From: Octopus sinensis
Taxonomy: Eukaryota
Direction of reading: 5' to 3'
Length of the DNA: 35,369 bases
Assembly: GCF_006345805.1 (NCBI RefSeq)
Contig: NW_021831970.1
Coordinates: forward strand, 1 to 35,369
Below are positions 10,196-22,704 of the stretch, piece after piece (position 1 is the first letter of the stretch; each line of letters starts with the position of its first letter). Below the pieces are notes generated by a model. That model worked only from the letters and a program-made list of their open reading frames with translations, was not told the origin of the DNA and ran no database searches. The position numbers and the translations under genes are program-made.

Positions 10196-10946
10196 GTACA
10201 TATATATATATAGTCTTCTTTTTACTAGCTTGATAAATGGTAAAATAAATTAATATTTTGGCCAAGAAACCTGGATATTTGTATTTCACTAAACATTTTG
10301 TGGTTTTAATTATAAATATATATATATATATATATATTTATATTTTTATATGTGTGTGTGTTGTGTGTGTGCATGGATGTATGTATGATATATGCTCATG
10401 TTTTGAGTTAATTTTCCTGTTTTAACTCCATACCTACATATATATACACATATACACACACGTGTGGGTGTGTGTGTAGACATAAGTCTGAATGTGTGCC
10501 AGCCTGGAACATAGCTGTTGAACGGTGTATATATATATATAATATATATAAAGTTCAACATGAGGCAAAATTAATTATTATTAATCATTTCACCAAGTGT
10601 TCAGTATGCATGGACCATCAAGCGAATTCAAATATTACATTATAAAAGGGCTTAGTAAAATAATTACTTTGCCGCATACTGAACTCATTAGAATATCACT
10701 AAAAAACTTTTTAAAGCTATTTCTAATACTTAAAGAAAATCTCTCTCTTATAGTGTTTGCTTAATTCCCTCACACAAGTATATATATATCATATACATAT
10801 ATATCACATATATATACACACACACACATATATCTACATATATATACACCACACACTATTATATACATATATATACACATACAACCACACATATATATAT
10901 ATACATATATTATACAATACAAACACACATATATATATACATATAT

Positions 10947-10979
<33 letters not shown>

Positions 10980-11125
10980 CACATATATAGATACACACAT
11001 ATACACACACACACATATATATATATATACATATACATATACACACACACATATATATATACACACACACACATACACACACATATATATACACACATAT
11101 ATATATATACATATATATATATATG
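10010..11125. repeat. (TA)n/(TG)n/(CA)n microsatellite blocks (10010-10550, 10770-11125)
   Basis: Direct inspection. Confidence 0.95.
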
Positions 11126-11716
11126 TATGTTATACAAATTGAAATTACAGAACTGTTTTCTCCTGAACATTCTTGTACCCTCCATTATTTTGTCATACCT
11201 CCACATAATATTGCACACGTTTCCTGTGTTTATATTTTTAATTACAGTCATGTACCCTTCCACCCTCATCGTTTTCTCTTCTGCATCCACCCCTTTCACC
11301 TCCTCTCCTCACCTTTCTTCACTTCCGTAATTGTTCCAATTTAAACTTTTTTTAGGTTACACACCTTAAATACATTCACTTCCGCTATGACCGAAGGTAA
11401 ATACCTGATCATCTCCTCTCACTGGAAGTACAAAAATCCGAGTTTCATGCTTAATTAATACAGGTAATTAGTGTACTAATTAGCTTTCTGGCCAGCATCT
11501 TGTATGACATCTGATGGCATTTGTAACAGGAAGAGGCTCTGGCTGTGAAAACATGCTTCACTGACATGTAGCTACTCATCTAAAGAAGATGAATCTCAAC
11601 CTCTCTTTACCTCTAGACCCCTTCAATTAGTATTTCATTCTGGAGCACCCTCATAGCTATTCAGGGTCTAAAAACTAGTTCCATAGAAACTTCTTTCCAA
11701 ATTCCTAGTTTATTTC

Positions 11717-12131
11717 TTTACTCTCTCTCTTTTACTTGTTTCAGTCACTTGACTGCGGCCATGCTGGAGCACCGCCTTTACTCGAGCAAATCGACCCTGG
11801 GACTTATTCTTTTTGTAAGCCCAGTACTTATTCTATCGGTCTCTTTTGCTGAAGCGCTAAGTGACGGGGACATAAACACACCAGCATCGGTTGTCAAGCA
11901 ATGCTAGGGGGACAAACACAGATACACAAACATATACACACACACTTATATATATATATACATATATACGACAGGCTTCTTTCAGTTTCCGTCTACCAAA
12001 TCCACTCACAAGGCATTGGTCGGCCCGGGGCTATAGCAGAAGACACTTGCCCAAGATGCCACGCAGTTTGACTGAACCCGGAACCATGTGGTTGGTATGC
12101 AAGCTACTTACCACACAGCCACTCCTGCGCC
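11717..12131 (-). mobile_element. SINE family A, full length
   Basis: Family A structure; followed by an older 3' half copy at about 12145-12375. Confidence 0.9.
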
Positions 12132-12381
12132 TATAGTTTCTTTTAGTCTTTTATTTGTTTCAGTCATTTGACTGTGCCCATTCTGGAGCACCGTCTTTAG
12201 TCAAACAAATCGGCCCCAGGACTTATTCTTTGTAAGCCTAGTATTTATTCTATTGGTTTCTTTTGCCGAACCACTAAGTTATGGGGACGTCAACACACCA
12301 GAATCAGTTGTCAAGTGATGGTGGGGGGTGGGGAACAAACACCAACACATAAACATACACACACACACGCACATATATATA

Positions 12382-12399
12382 TCTATTACATAAACTCCG

Positions 12400-12430
<31 letters not shown>

Positions 12431-12526
12431 GTTTCTAGGATCTCGGGCATCCTCCATCCAATTGCGGTCAAATTTGATATGTAGATACCGACGGTATCAG
12501 GGCGTGTATAAGTCTTGGAAACATTA
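12382..12526 (+). mobile_element. Non-autonomous Helitron-like 5' fragment, copy 2
   Basis: A|TCTATTACATAAA start; shares ctaggatctcgggcatcctccatc...caaatttgatatgtagatac with the 8856 copy. Confidence 0.55.
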
Positions 12527-12884
12527 TATATATGTAATTAAATATATGTGTACATATATATTGTGAAGGTATATAGCTTGGAGGTTAGGGTATTCAGCTC
12601 ATGTAAATATTGGCATAATGCCCCTCCCAGGACACGACAAAATTTGATTCAACACACGACTTCACATCAAGAATCTTGCAAATCAGATACAAAGATTAAA
12701 TGAATGTGTGCATATTTGTATATATCTATACATATGTAGGTATATATGAATATATATGTGTGTGCATATATATGTGTGCATATATGTATGTATATGTACG
12801 CATATATATGTATGTGCAAATAGATGTATTTGAAATACGTGCATGTGTGTGTGTGTGTGTGTGTGTTGTGACCGCGTGTGTACT

Positions 12885-13077
12885 GTTGGCGATTTTTTTT
12901 CCTCTGTTTTCCCTTCTCTGGATCTTTCCTTTTCCTATGTATCCGACGAAGAGCTCCGCTCGAAACGTAAAACCCTCCTTCTTCACTTCCTTTCCTGAGC
13001 GTCCAATAATACTTTATTTGTTCATGTCCTCGCGTTGTGTTGTGTTCTTTTGTGTTTTCATGTTTGGATTAACTTTA
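12885..13077 (+). mobile_element. Penelope-like terminal element with minimal hammerhead fold (12939-12973)
   Basis: gtat-CCGACGA-a-gagc-tcc-gctc-GAAA-c-GTA-aaac; ends ...ttggattaacttt(AT)n; inverted homologue at 25437-25625. Confidence 0.6.
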
Positions 13078-13160
13078 TATATAATATATAATGTGTGTGT
13101 GTGTGTGTGTTTTGATGTATATAGATATTACTATGGGTGTGTGATTTACATATGTGCATG

Positions 13161-13214
<54 letters not shown>

Positions 13215-13450
13215 TGATGTATATAGATATACTATGGGTGTATTTACATATGTGCATGTATATATATATATTATGGGTGTGTGTGTTGATGTATATAGAT
13301 ATACTATGGGTGTATTTACATATGTGCATGTATATATATATATATGTATATATATACATATATATATGGGTGTGTGTGGGGATGCACGAGTGAGAATACA
13401 CAGACACACACACTCCTGCATGCAAACACACACACACAACACACAAGCAA
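13078..13450. repeat. (TA)n/(TG)n with a 3-copy minisatellite (ttgatgtatatagatatactatgggtgtatttacatatgtgcatg)
   Basis: Direct inspection. Confidence 0.9.
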
Positions 13451-13807
13451 ACACACCACTCACGCGCGGTCAAGTGCAAGCAGGGAATAGGCAACCCCAT
13501 TCAACCCGCATCTCAAGTATCCTTCCTGAAACCCCCTACATAGCACTTCTTTCAATGCTGCAAAATTATTCAGTTTGTAATAAACGATTATAACTCAAAT
13601 ATGTTTACACTAAACCCAGAACTATGAATAATAAACAAGAAACTCATTATAAACCAGAAAATCTAAACAGCTTAGATTTCTGATAAGACATTATGAACCT
13701 TGACTAAAATAAAAACTCACAGAAAATGTGTTCAAAGTAAATATTTGAGTTTACTTATGACAATTATATATATATATCTCTTATGATAAAAGGCATATAT
13801 ATATTAA

Positions 13808-14328
13808 AGGTGGCGAGCTGGCAGAAACGTTAGCATGCCGGGGGAATGCTTAGCGTATTTCGTCTGCCACTACGTTCTGAGTTCAAATTCTGCCGAGGTC
13901 GACTTTGCCTTTCATGCTTTCGGGGTCGATAAATTAAGTACCAGTTATGTACAGGGGTTGATGTAATCAATTTAACCCCCTTGTATGCCTTCATATTTCT
14001 TTATTGCCCACAAGGGGCTAAAGATAGAGGGAACAAAGGATGAAAGTCGACCTCGGCAGAATTTGAGCTCAGAACGTAAAGCCAGACAAAATACCTATTT
14101 TTTTACTACCCAAAAGGGGCTAAACACAGAGGGGACAAACAAGGACAGACAAACGGATTAAGTCAATTACATCAACTCCAGTGTGTAACTGGTACTTAAT
14201 TTATCAACCCTGAAAGGATGAAAGGCAAAACGACCTCGGCAGAATTTGAACTCAGAACATAGCGGTAGATGAAATACAGCTAAACATTTCAACCGACGTG
14301 CTAACGATTCTGCCAGCTCACTGCCTTC
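13808..14328. mobile_element. SINE family B copies, tail to tail (+ 13808-13980; - 13995-14328)
   Basis: gagctggcagaaacgttagc head and gcctttcatcctttcggggtcgataaattaagtacc core present in both orientations. Confidence 0.85.
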
Positions 14329-14572
14329 TTTCACTTTCCATCAACCAAATCCACTCACAAGGCTTTGGTTGATCTGAGGCTATAATAGAAGGTACACTCC
14401 CAAACTGCCAAGCATTGGGATTGAACCTGTACCACATGACTGAGAAACAAACTTCTTAACCGCACAGCTACCCCTGCGCCAATATCAATTTCCAAAAATC
14501 CATATCTGAAACTTAAATTAGACACCAGGTCTGAAAAAATTCTTCTTAAATTTTCAAAGAAACCTATTTTAC

Positions 14573-14631
14573 CTGTTCTGTTGCTATAAGGAAGGCAATC
14601 TGGAGCCAATCTAACATACAGGTGTCTGCGT
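14573..14631 (-). CDS. Putative 59-nt internal coding exon: (V)RRHLYVRLAPDCLPYSNRT(G)
   Basis: Acceptor attttgtatcag, donor CAG|gtaaaa; open in phase 2 to 1 and compatible with both neighbouring candidate exons. Confidence 0.65.
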
Positions 14632-14804
14632 CTGATACAAAATATTTGTGGAAATGGTTTTTTTTCTCTACATACCTACCAAATGCTTCATTATAATCTG
14701 GTTTATCAATTAAAATCTGCTTATTTTAAATTATTTTCACAGACTAAAATCATCAGTGTATGTAAAAAAAAAAAAATAAAACAATTCAAATTTAAAATTT
14801 TGAA

Positions 14805-15217
14805 GGTGCAGGAGTGGCTGTGTGGTAAGTAGCTTGTTTACCAACCACATGATTCCAGGTTCAGTCCCACTGCGTGGCACCTTGGGCAAGTGTCTTCTAC
14901 TATAGCCTTGGGCCGACCAAAGCCTTGTGAGTGGATTTGGTAGACGGAAACTGAAAGAAGCCCGTCGTATATATATGTATATATATATATGCGTGTGTGT
15001 GTGTTGTGTGTGTTGTGTGTTGTCCCCTAGCATTGCGTGAACAACCGATGCTGGTGTGTTTATGTCCCCGTCACTTAGCGGTTCGGCAAAAGAGACTGAT
15101 AGAATAAGTACTGGGCTTACAAAAGAATAAGTCCCGGGGTCGAGTTGCTCGATTAAAAAGGCGGTGCTCCAGCATGGTCGCAGTCAAATGACTGAAACAA
15201 GTAAAAGAGTAAAAGAG
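14805..15217 (+). mobile_element. SINE family A, full length
   Basis: ggtgcaggagtggctgtgtggtaag head to gtaaaagagtaaaagag tail. Confidence 0.9.
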
Positions 15218-15344
15218 CATGGTTTTTGTTTTTTGTAAGTTTTATCATTTTCACGAACGCTTCAATTTTAATTTTTCCTGCCTCCACCACCCGTAGCAGA
15301 AATCCTTATTCTGTTGGCCCCCACCCCTGAAGTTTCTCACTCAT

Positions 15345-15826
15345 ACTCTTTTTACTCTTTTACTCGTTTCAGTCATTTGACTGTGGCCATGCTGGAGCAC
15401 CGCTTTTAGTCAAGCAAATCGACCCCAGGACTTATTCTTTGTAAGCCTAGTACTTATTCTATCTCTCTCTTTTCCCGAACCGCTAAGTTACGGGTACGTA
15501 AACACACCAGCATCGGTTGTCAAGCAATGTTGTGGGGGACAAATGCAGACACACAAACACACACACATACATATATATATATATACATATACATATATAT
15601 ATATATAAAACAGGCTATAGCAGAAGACACTTGCCCAAGGTTCCACACAGTGGGACTGAACCACATACACATATATATATACACTTATATATATGATGGG
15701 CTTCATATATATATACACAGATATATACGACGGGCTTCTTTCAGTGTTCGTCTAACAAATCCACTCACAAGGCTTTGATCGGTCAGAGGCTATAGTAGAA
15801 GACACTTGCCCAAGGTGCCACACAGT
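15345..15826 (-). mobile_element. SINE family A, rearranged and 5'-truncated
   Basis: 3' half intact; head segments duplicated and interrupted by (TA)n. Confidence 0.8.
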
Positions 15827-15879
15827 ACAATGTTAATAAAAAGGCATAACAGACATCCAGAACATTGCTACTTCTCCAC

Positions 15880-16025
15880 TTTGAGTGACCACAAATCTGG
15901 TACAGTGGACATTGGGACTATAACACTGAGGAAAGAATTGCAAGATATGATTCTTCAAGCAGAGCCAACTGGTAGGAGACTTAGAGGTAGACCGAGAATG
16001 AAGTGGTTGCATAATATCCATAGTA
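15880..16025 (+). pseudogene. Decayed RTE-clade LINE C-terminal fragment
   Basis: LQDMILQAEPTGRRLRGRPRMKWLHNI matches the RTE ILQGxxxGxRxRGRPRxxWxDNI motif. Confidence 0.6.
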
Positions 16026-16043
16026 TCAGCTTAACCAAAAGCA

Positions 16044-16301
16044 GTGTCGTCGTCGTCAACATCAGTGGCAGCGTCGACATCGTCGTCATCAGCGGCGGCG
16101 TTGACATCGTTGTCGTCAACATCGGCGGCGGCGTTGACATCGTCTTCGTCAACAACAGCGGCAGCGTTGACATCGTTGTCATCGGCGGCGGCGTTGACAA
16201 CGGCGTCGTCGTCGACATCGTTGTCGTCAACATCGGCGTCGTCATCGACATCAGCGTCGTTGTCGTCGTCGACATCGGCAGCGTCGTCGGTATCATCATC
16301 A
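16044..16301. repeat. (GTC)/(GGC)-rich degenerate trinucleotide repeat
   Basis: Recurrent gacatcgtcgtcgtcaacatcggcggcggc units. Confidence 0.9.
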
Positions 16302-16981
16302 TTTAGAGCCTATTTTCCATGCTGGCCTGGGTTGGATGCTTTGACAGGGTCCAATAAGCTGCAGACCTGCGTCAAGACCCAATGACAGCAGGTGGTGATA
16401 AAGTGTGTGAGAGTTCCTGTTGTGTATGTGTGTGTGTGTATAGACATACATACATACACATGCATGTGCACAAACACACATACGCAAACATATGCGCACA
16501 CACACACACATCTTTATCTTTTATCATTTACTTGCTTTAGTTATAGGATTGCGGCCATGCTGGAGCAACTGGTGCTTAATTTATTGACCCCGGAAGGATG
16601 AAAGGCAAAGCTGACCTCAGCGGAATTTGAACTCAGAACGTAAAGACAGACGAAATACCACTAAGCATTTTGCCCCACATGAATATTCTTTTCAGGCACC
16701 AGGCCTGAAATTTTTGTGGGGAAGTGGGGCCAGTCAATTAGATCGACCCCAGTACTTAACTGGTACTTAATATATCGACCCCGAAAGGATGAAAGGTAAA
16801 GTCGACCCGGTGTGTATATTGCCAAAGGTATCAGTCATCTGTCACAGCCTCTGTGAGGCCCAATGCTCAAAAAGTGCTTTTTACATGGCACCAGCATCGA
16901 CCACATTGCCTCTGTGAGGCCCAACGCTCAACAGATGCTTTGATGATGTTGATGATGATGACACATGTATACACACACACC

Positions 16982-17222
16982 TCTTTACTCATTTACTTGT
17001 TTCAGTCATGTGACTGAGGCCATGCTGGAGCACCGCCTTTAGTCGAGCAAATCGACCCCGGGACTTATTCTTTGTAAGCCCAGTACTTATTCTATCGGTC
17101 TCTTTTGCCGAATCGCTAAGTGACGGGGACGTAAACACACCAGCATCGGTTGTCAAGCAATGCTAGGGGGACAAACACAGACACACAACACACACACACC
17201 ACACACACATTATATACATATA

Positions 17223-17260
<38 letters not shown>

Positions 17261-17596
17261 GACAGGCTTCTTTCAGTTTCCGTCTACCAAATCCACTCAC
17301 AAGGCATTGGTCGGCCCGGGGCTATAGCAGAAGACACTTGCCCAAGATGCCACGTAGTGGGACTGAACCCGGAACCGTGTGGTTGGTTAGCAAGCTACTT
17401 AACAAACAGCCACTATATATATATACATATATACGACGGGCTTCTTTCAGTTTCCGTCTACCAAATCCACTCACAAGGCATTGGTCGGCCCGGGGCTATA
17501 GCAGAAGACACTTGCCCAAGGTGCCATGCAGTGGGACTGAACCCGGAACCATGTGGTTGGTTAGCAAGCTACTTACCACACAGCCACTCCTGCACC
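16982..17596 (-). mobile_element. SINE family A with duplicated 5' half
   Basis: Full copy to ~17413, then a second head at 17432-17596. Confidence 0.9.
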
Positions 17597-18076
17597 TGAT
17601 GGGTTTCCATTTACTTTCTGTAAACTAAATCTACTCACAAGTCACTGGTCAGTCTAAGGCTACAGTAGAAGACCCCTAAAGTTCTGTGCTCTGGAATTGA
17701 ACCTGAGACTATATACTTGTGAAGTGATGTTCTTAACTATGCAATCATCCTTGTGTTAATGACTACCAAGTCGATAATTTTAATTGCATCTTGTATTACG
17801 GCACTCAACATTGAAGAAATTCCTGCAGCTTCAAATGCCTCTCAAGGAATTATGCAACAAGGAATGCAGTAAGTGCATTACTTGCAGATTTTATTTTGGC
17901 TTGGAATCTTATGTTCTCTTTCTCCCCCATTGATGCTTTCGCATTATTTTCGTGAACACCGACATCATTTATTCCGCTCTGGAGCTACTTCCCTTAAAAA
18001 ATGAAAAAAAAAGGGGCCCACTTCAAATGCATTGTTAGAAATATTTCTGTTGAAATCCACTGCCTTTGGTTAAAAT

Positions 18077-18410
18077 CATCATCATCATCATCATCGTTTA
18101 ACGTCCGTTCTCCATGCTAGCATGGGTTGGACGGTTTAACTGGTGTCTGGGGAGCCAGAAGGCTGCACCAGGCTCCGGTCTTATCTGGCAGTGTTTCTAC
18201 GGCTGGATGCCCTTCCTAATGCTAACCACTCCGTGAGTGTAGTGGGTGCTTTTTATGTGCCAGGCGAGGCTGGCAACGGTCACGATCGGATCAGTGGTTT
18301 TTACGTGCCACCGGCACGGAAGTCAGTCAAGGCGGTGCTGGCATCGGCCACGTTCGGATGGTGCTTTTTACGTGCCATTGGTACAGGGGTCCCAACTGCA
18401 GTTTCCATTG
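18077..18410 (-). mobile_element. SINE-like family D with (GAT)n tail (RTE-type 3' end)
   Basis: Minus strand ...aggaagggcatccagccgtagaaa...tccaacccatgctagcatggagaacggacgttaaacgatgatgat; relatives at ~18515-18610 (+) and 23891-25260. Confidence 0.7.
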
Positions 18411-18647
18411 ATTTTTGATGTTGGTGTACTTAAACTGTCAAGTGATTGAAGCCTTTGGCAATTTGCTGGGCTTGAGAAGACATGTCAAGCGAAGGGAAAC
18501 AGAGTCATGGCTAGTGTTGGTGACACATAAAAGGCATCCACTAAACCCTTGGGGGTGGTCGGCATTAAGGAGTGCATCCAGCCATAAACATCAAGCCAAA
18601 TCAGACTGGAACATAGTACAGATCTCTGGTTTATTAATTCCAGTCAA

Positions 18648-19250
18648 ACCTATTTCTTTACTACCCACAAGGGGCTAAACACAGAGGGGACAAACAATGA
18701 CAGACAAACGGATTAAGTCGATTATATCGACCCCAGTGTGTAACTGGTACTTATTTATCGACCCCGAAAGGATGAAAGGCAAAGTCGACCTCGGCAGAAT
18801 TTGAACTCAGAACGTAACGGCAGATGAAATTACTATTTTTTTACTACCCACAAGGGGTTAAACACAGAGAGGACAAACAAGGACAGACAAAGGGATTAAG
18901 TCGATTATATCGACCCCAGTGCGTAACTGGTACTTTTTCAATCGACCCCCGAAAGGATGAAAGGCAAAGTCGACCTTGGCGGAATTTGAACTCAGAATGT
19001 AACGGCAGATGAAATTACTATTTTTTTACTACCCACAAGGGACTAAACACAGAGAGGACAAACAACAACAGACAAATGGATTAAGTCGATAATATTGACC
19101 CCAGTGCGTAACTGGTACTTTTTTAATCGACTCCGAAAAGATGAAAGGCAAAGTCGACCTCGGCGGAATTTGAACTCAGAACATAACGGCAGGTGAAATA
19201 CCGATAAGCATTTCACCTGGCGTGCTAACAATTCTGCCAGCTCACCACCT
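18648..19250 (-). mobile_element. SINE family B multimer (head plus 3 x ~184-bp body)
   Basis: ctacccacaagggg at 18661, 18844, 19029; single head at ~19200-19250. Confidence 0.9.
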
Positions 19251-19439
19251 TACTAACAACAACTAGAACAATATTGCCATACCTGTGGTGAATGCATAGT
19301 TGACAAGCTGGGAAAAGATGGAAGAATACAGACTACTAAAAGATGAAATTGCGAGAACAACATAAAATCAAATATTTATCGTTCAAAAACACAATGTATT
19401 GCCTTGATCCAGAATTGAAACCAGGATCTTGTTGTGAGT

Positions 19440-20043
19440 GGAAGCACTCCGTCGGTTACGGCGACGAGGGTTCCGGTTGATCTGATCAACGGAACAGCCT
19501 GCTCGTGAAATTAACGTGTAAGTGGCTGAGCACTCCACAGACACGTGTACCCTTAACGTAGTTCTCGGGGATATTCAGCGTGACACAGAGAGTGACAAGG
19601 CCGGCCCTTTGAAATACAGGTACAACAGAAACAGGAAGTAAGAGTGAGAGAGAAAGTTGTGGTGAAAGAGTACAGCAGGGATCACCACCATCCCCTGCCA
19701 GAGCCTCATGGAGCTTTTAGGTGTTTTCTCTCAATAAACACTCACAATGCCCGGTCTGGGAATTGAAACCGCGATCCTACGACCGCGAGTCCGCTGCCCT
19801 AACCACTGGGCCATTGCGCCTCCACCCTTTGAAATACAGGTACAACAGAAACAGGAAGTAAGAGTGAGAGAGAAAGTTGTGGGGAAAGAGTACAGCAGGG
19901 ATCACCACCATCCCCTGCCGGAGCCTCGTGGAGCTTTTAGGTGTTTTCGCTCAATAAACACTCACAACGCCCGGTCTGGGAATCGAAACCGCGATCCTAC
20001 GACCGCGGGTCCGCTGCCCTAACCACTGGACCATTGCGCCTCC
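19440..20043 (-). mobile_element. SINE family C 1.5-mer flanked by a 10-bp target-site duplication
   Basis: Full copy 19440-19823 plus repeated 5' ~220 bp at 19825-20043; tgttgtgagt at 19430-19439 and 20046-20055. Confidence 0.9.
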
Positions 20044-20317
20044 ACTGTTGTGAGTACAATACTGTAAGCATTAGGCCATGTGCCTATGTCTGCGTTCCAT
20101 TTATAACAGAGATTCTTTGCCAATCATGTGTACCTTCTTAGCATTTGTTATTAAGTACACAGCTTAATAGGAGACTCTCAGATATTTAGTTTCTTAGAAC
20201 CACTCTAGGTTTTCCATTAAAAAACTCCACAAAAACAAATCGTTTTTGTACTCTCCAAAATTCCAGGAATCTTACGAAAATATTGTAAACATTTTCCTGT
20301 GTGGTAAGCATAAGCAA

Positions 20318-20417
20318 AGCATAAGTAGTATTAAGACGTCTTTTATATTTGGCAGGCTTCGTACTTCCATTTACCAAAATATTCACCACAAATTAAACAG
20401 ACTGGATGCTGCTTTTC
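20318..20417 (-). pseudogene. hAT (Buster/Charlie, ZBED5-like) transposase fossil, N-terminal zinc-finger region
   Basis: HPVCLICGE (frameshift) ILVNGSTKPAKYKRRLNTTYA resembles the PxCxICGExLxNxSMKPSKLKRHLxTxH motif. Confidence 0.65.
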
Positions 20418-20452
20418 TTGCCTAAGAGCAAAAATAAATCCAATTAATACAA

Positions 20453-22617
20453 TAACATGAGCACAAACCTCCGCCAACGCAACATAAACGTCCTCTCAAC
20501 GATTAGTCAGAGATGATTATTAAAACGAGAATATCTGAAATAAACTCGACTGCTCTCAAAGGAGGAATTACAACCATGTTTCGTGGTCTGCTACCACAAC
20601 AGCTCCTTTCTAGGACCCAGTTAGCTCAAGACATCATTAAGTAAAATAAAAAAAAACAGGAAAAATAATCCAGAATCCTTGTCCGGTACTGGATTGATCC
20701 TAAAATCTAATCAGTTTGTGCCGGTCATGAGACCAAATATCTCTGAAAGTTTTATTTGAATCTATCCAACGGTTCTTGAGATATTTTGTCCATGGACAAC
20801 AAACAAAGAAATGTGACTGAAAACGTCCTCTTAATGATTAGTCAGAGATGATTATTAAAACGAGAATATCTTAAATAAACTCGACTGCTCTCGAAAATTA
20901 AGTAAAACACAAACAGGAAATATAATCCAGATTCCGTGTCCAGTACTGGATTGATCCCCAAGCCTAATCAGTCTGTGTCAGTCATGAGGCCAAATATCTC
21001 TGAAAGTTTCATCTGAATCCATCCAGTGGTTCTTGAGATATTTTGTCCATGAACAAACAAACAAAGAAACAAACATGACTGGAAACAATACTTCTGCCTT
21101 CTTGCTAAGGCAGAGGTAACAAGAGCACTCGGAGAGCACAAACCTCTGCCAAGGCAACACCAACGTCCTCTCAACGATTAACCAGAGATGATTTTTATAA
21201 TGAGAATATCTGAAATAAACCCAACTGCTCTCACAAACGAGAATACTAAAAATGAACCTGACTGCTCTGGAAAATTAAGTAAAAAAAAGCAGGAAAAATA
21301 ATCCAGAATCCTTGTCCGGTACAGGATTGATCCTAAAATTTAATCAGTTTGTGCCGGTCATGAGACCAAATATCTGTGAAAGTTTTATTTGAATCCATCC
21401 AGCGGTTCTTGAGATATTTTGTCCATGGACAACAAACAAACAAATGTGACTGAAAACGTCCTCTTAACGATTAGCCAGAGATGATTATTAAAATGAGGAT
21501 ATCTGAAATAAACTCGACTGCTCTCGAAAATTAAGTAAAATGATAGAAAAAATAATCCAGGATTTTTGTCCGGTACTGGATTGATCCGAAAATTTAATCA
21601 GCTTGTGACAGTCATGAGGCCAAATATCTGTGAAAGTTTCATCTGAATCCATCCAGCAGTTCTTGAGATATTCTGTCCATGGACAAACAAACAAATGCAA
21701 CTGAAAACAATACCTCTGCCTTCTCGCTAAGGCAGAGGTAACAAGAGCACTCAGAGAGCACAAACCTCCGCCAAGGCAACACCAATGTCCTCTCAACGAT
21801 TAGCCAGAGATGGTTTTTAAAATGAGAATATCTGAAATAAACTCGACGGCTCTCACAAACGAGAATACTAAAAATGAAGCTGACTGCTCTGGAAAATTAA
21901 GTAAAAAAAAGCAGGAAAAATAATCCAGAATCCTTGTCCGGTAGTGGATTGATCCTAAAATTTAATCAGTTTGTGCCGGTCATGAGACCAAATATCTGTG
22001 AAAGTTTCATCTGAATCCATCCAGCGGTTCTTGAGATATCTTGTCCATGGACAAACAAACAAAGAAACAAACATGACTGAAAACAATACCTTCGCCTTCT
22101 CACTAAGGCAGAGGTAATAATAATAATAATAATAATAACAAGAGCACTCAGAGAGCACAAACCTCTGCCAAGGCAACACCAGTGTCCTCTCAATGATTAA
22201 CCAGAGATGGTTTTCAAAATGAGAATATCTGAAATAAACTCGACTGCTCTCACAAATGAGAATACTAAAAATGAACCTGACTGCTTTCAGAAATTAAATA
22301 AAAAAAATGGGATAAATAATCCAGAATCCTTGTCTGGTACTGAATCGATCCTAAAATCTAATCAATTTGTGCCAGTCATGAGACCAAATATCTCTGAAAG
22401 TTTCATTTGAATCCATCCAGTGGTTCTTGAGATATCTTGTCCATGGACAACAAACAAACAAATGTGACTGAAAACAATACCCCCACCTTCGCTAAGGTGG
22501 AAGTAATAATAAGGATAATAATTACAAGAGCACCCAGAGAGTGCAAACCTCCATCAAGGCAGCACCAATGTCCTCTCAACGATTAGCTAGACATGATTTT
22601 TAAAATGAGAATATCTG
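20453..22617 (-). mobile_element. Head-to-tail array (~7 units) of a DINE-1/HINE-like non-autonomous Helentron
   Basis: Terminal hairpin tacctctgcctt-ctcgct-aaggcagaggta (21711-21740), matching subterminal acctccgcc at the other end, (CAAA)n tract, small gcactc/gagygc stem-loop before the cttgtt end; units start at ~20453, 20823, 21119, 21455, 21741, 22138, 22523. Confidence 0.75.
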
Positions 22618-22704
22618 TGCATTTGTGTTTACATTTTGAAATATACAGGGAAGACATTACCAGTGAGAAAGTCATTACTGGTGTATATATAAATTGTACT
22701 TCAT

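Noticed and set aside
10560-10740. Further hammerhead-like or Penelope-like fragment (ctaatgag...aaag on minus; 11-bp inverted repeat gttcagtatgc/gcatactgaac)
   Set aside because: Core and stems too degenerate to support a call
11130-11450. Possible Tx1/L1 3' remnant or 129-aa ORF
   Set aside because: Only vague compositional similarity; half of the ORF is microsatellite
12700-13593. 297-aa ORF, the longest in the track
   Set aside because: Made of (TA)n/(TG)n and a short repeat element; no protein-like content
17759-17876. Short plus-strand ORF MTTKSIILIASC... with a gtaagt donor
   Set aside because: No acceptor or partner exons and no recognisable motif
20267-20425. Two plus-strand mini-exons separated by a 52-nt intron
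   Set aside because: Intron implausibly short, and the region is better explained as a minus-strand hAT fossil
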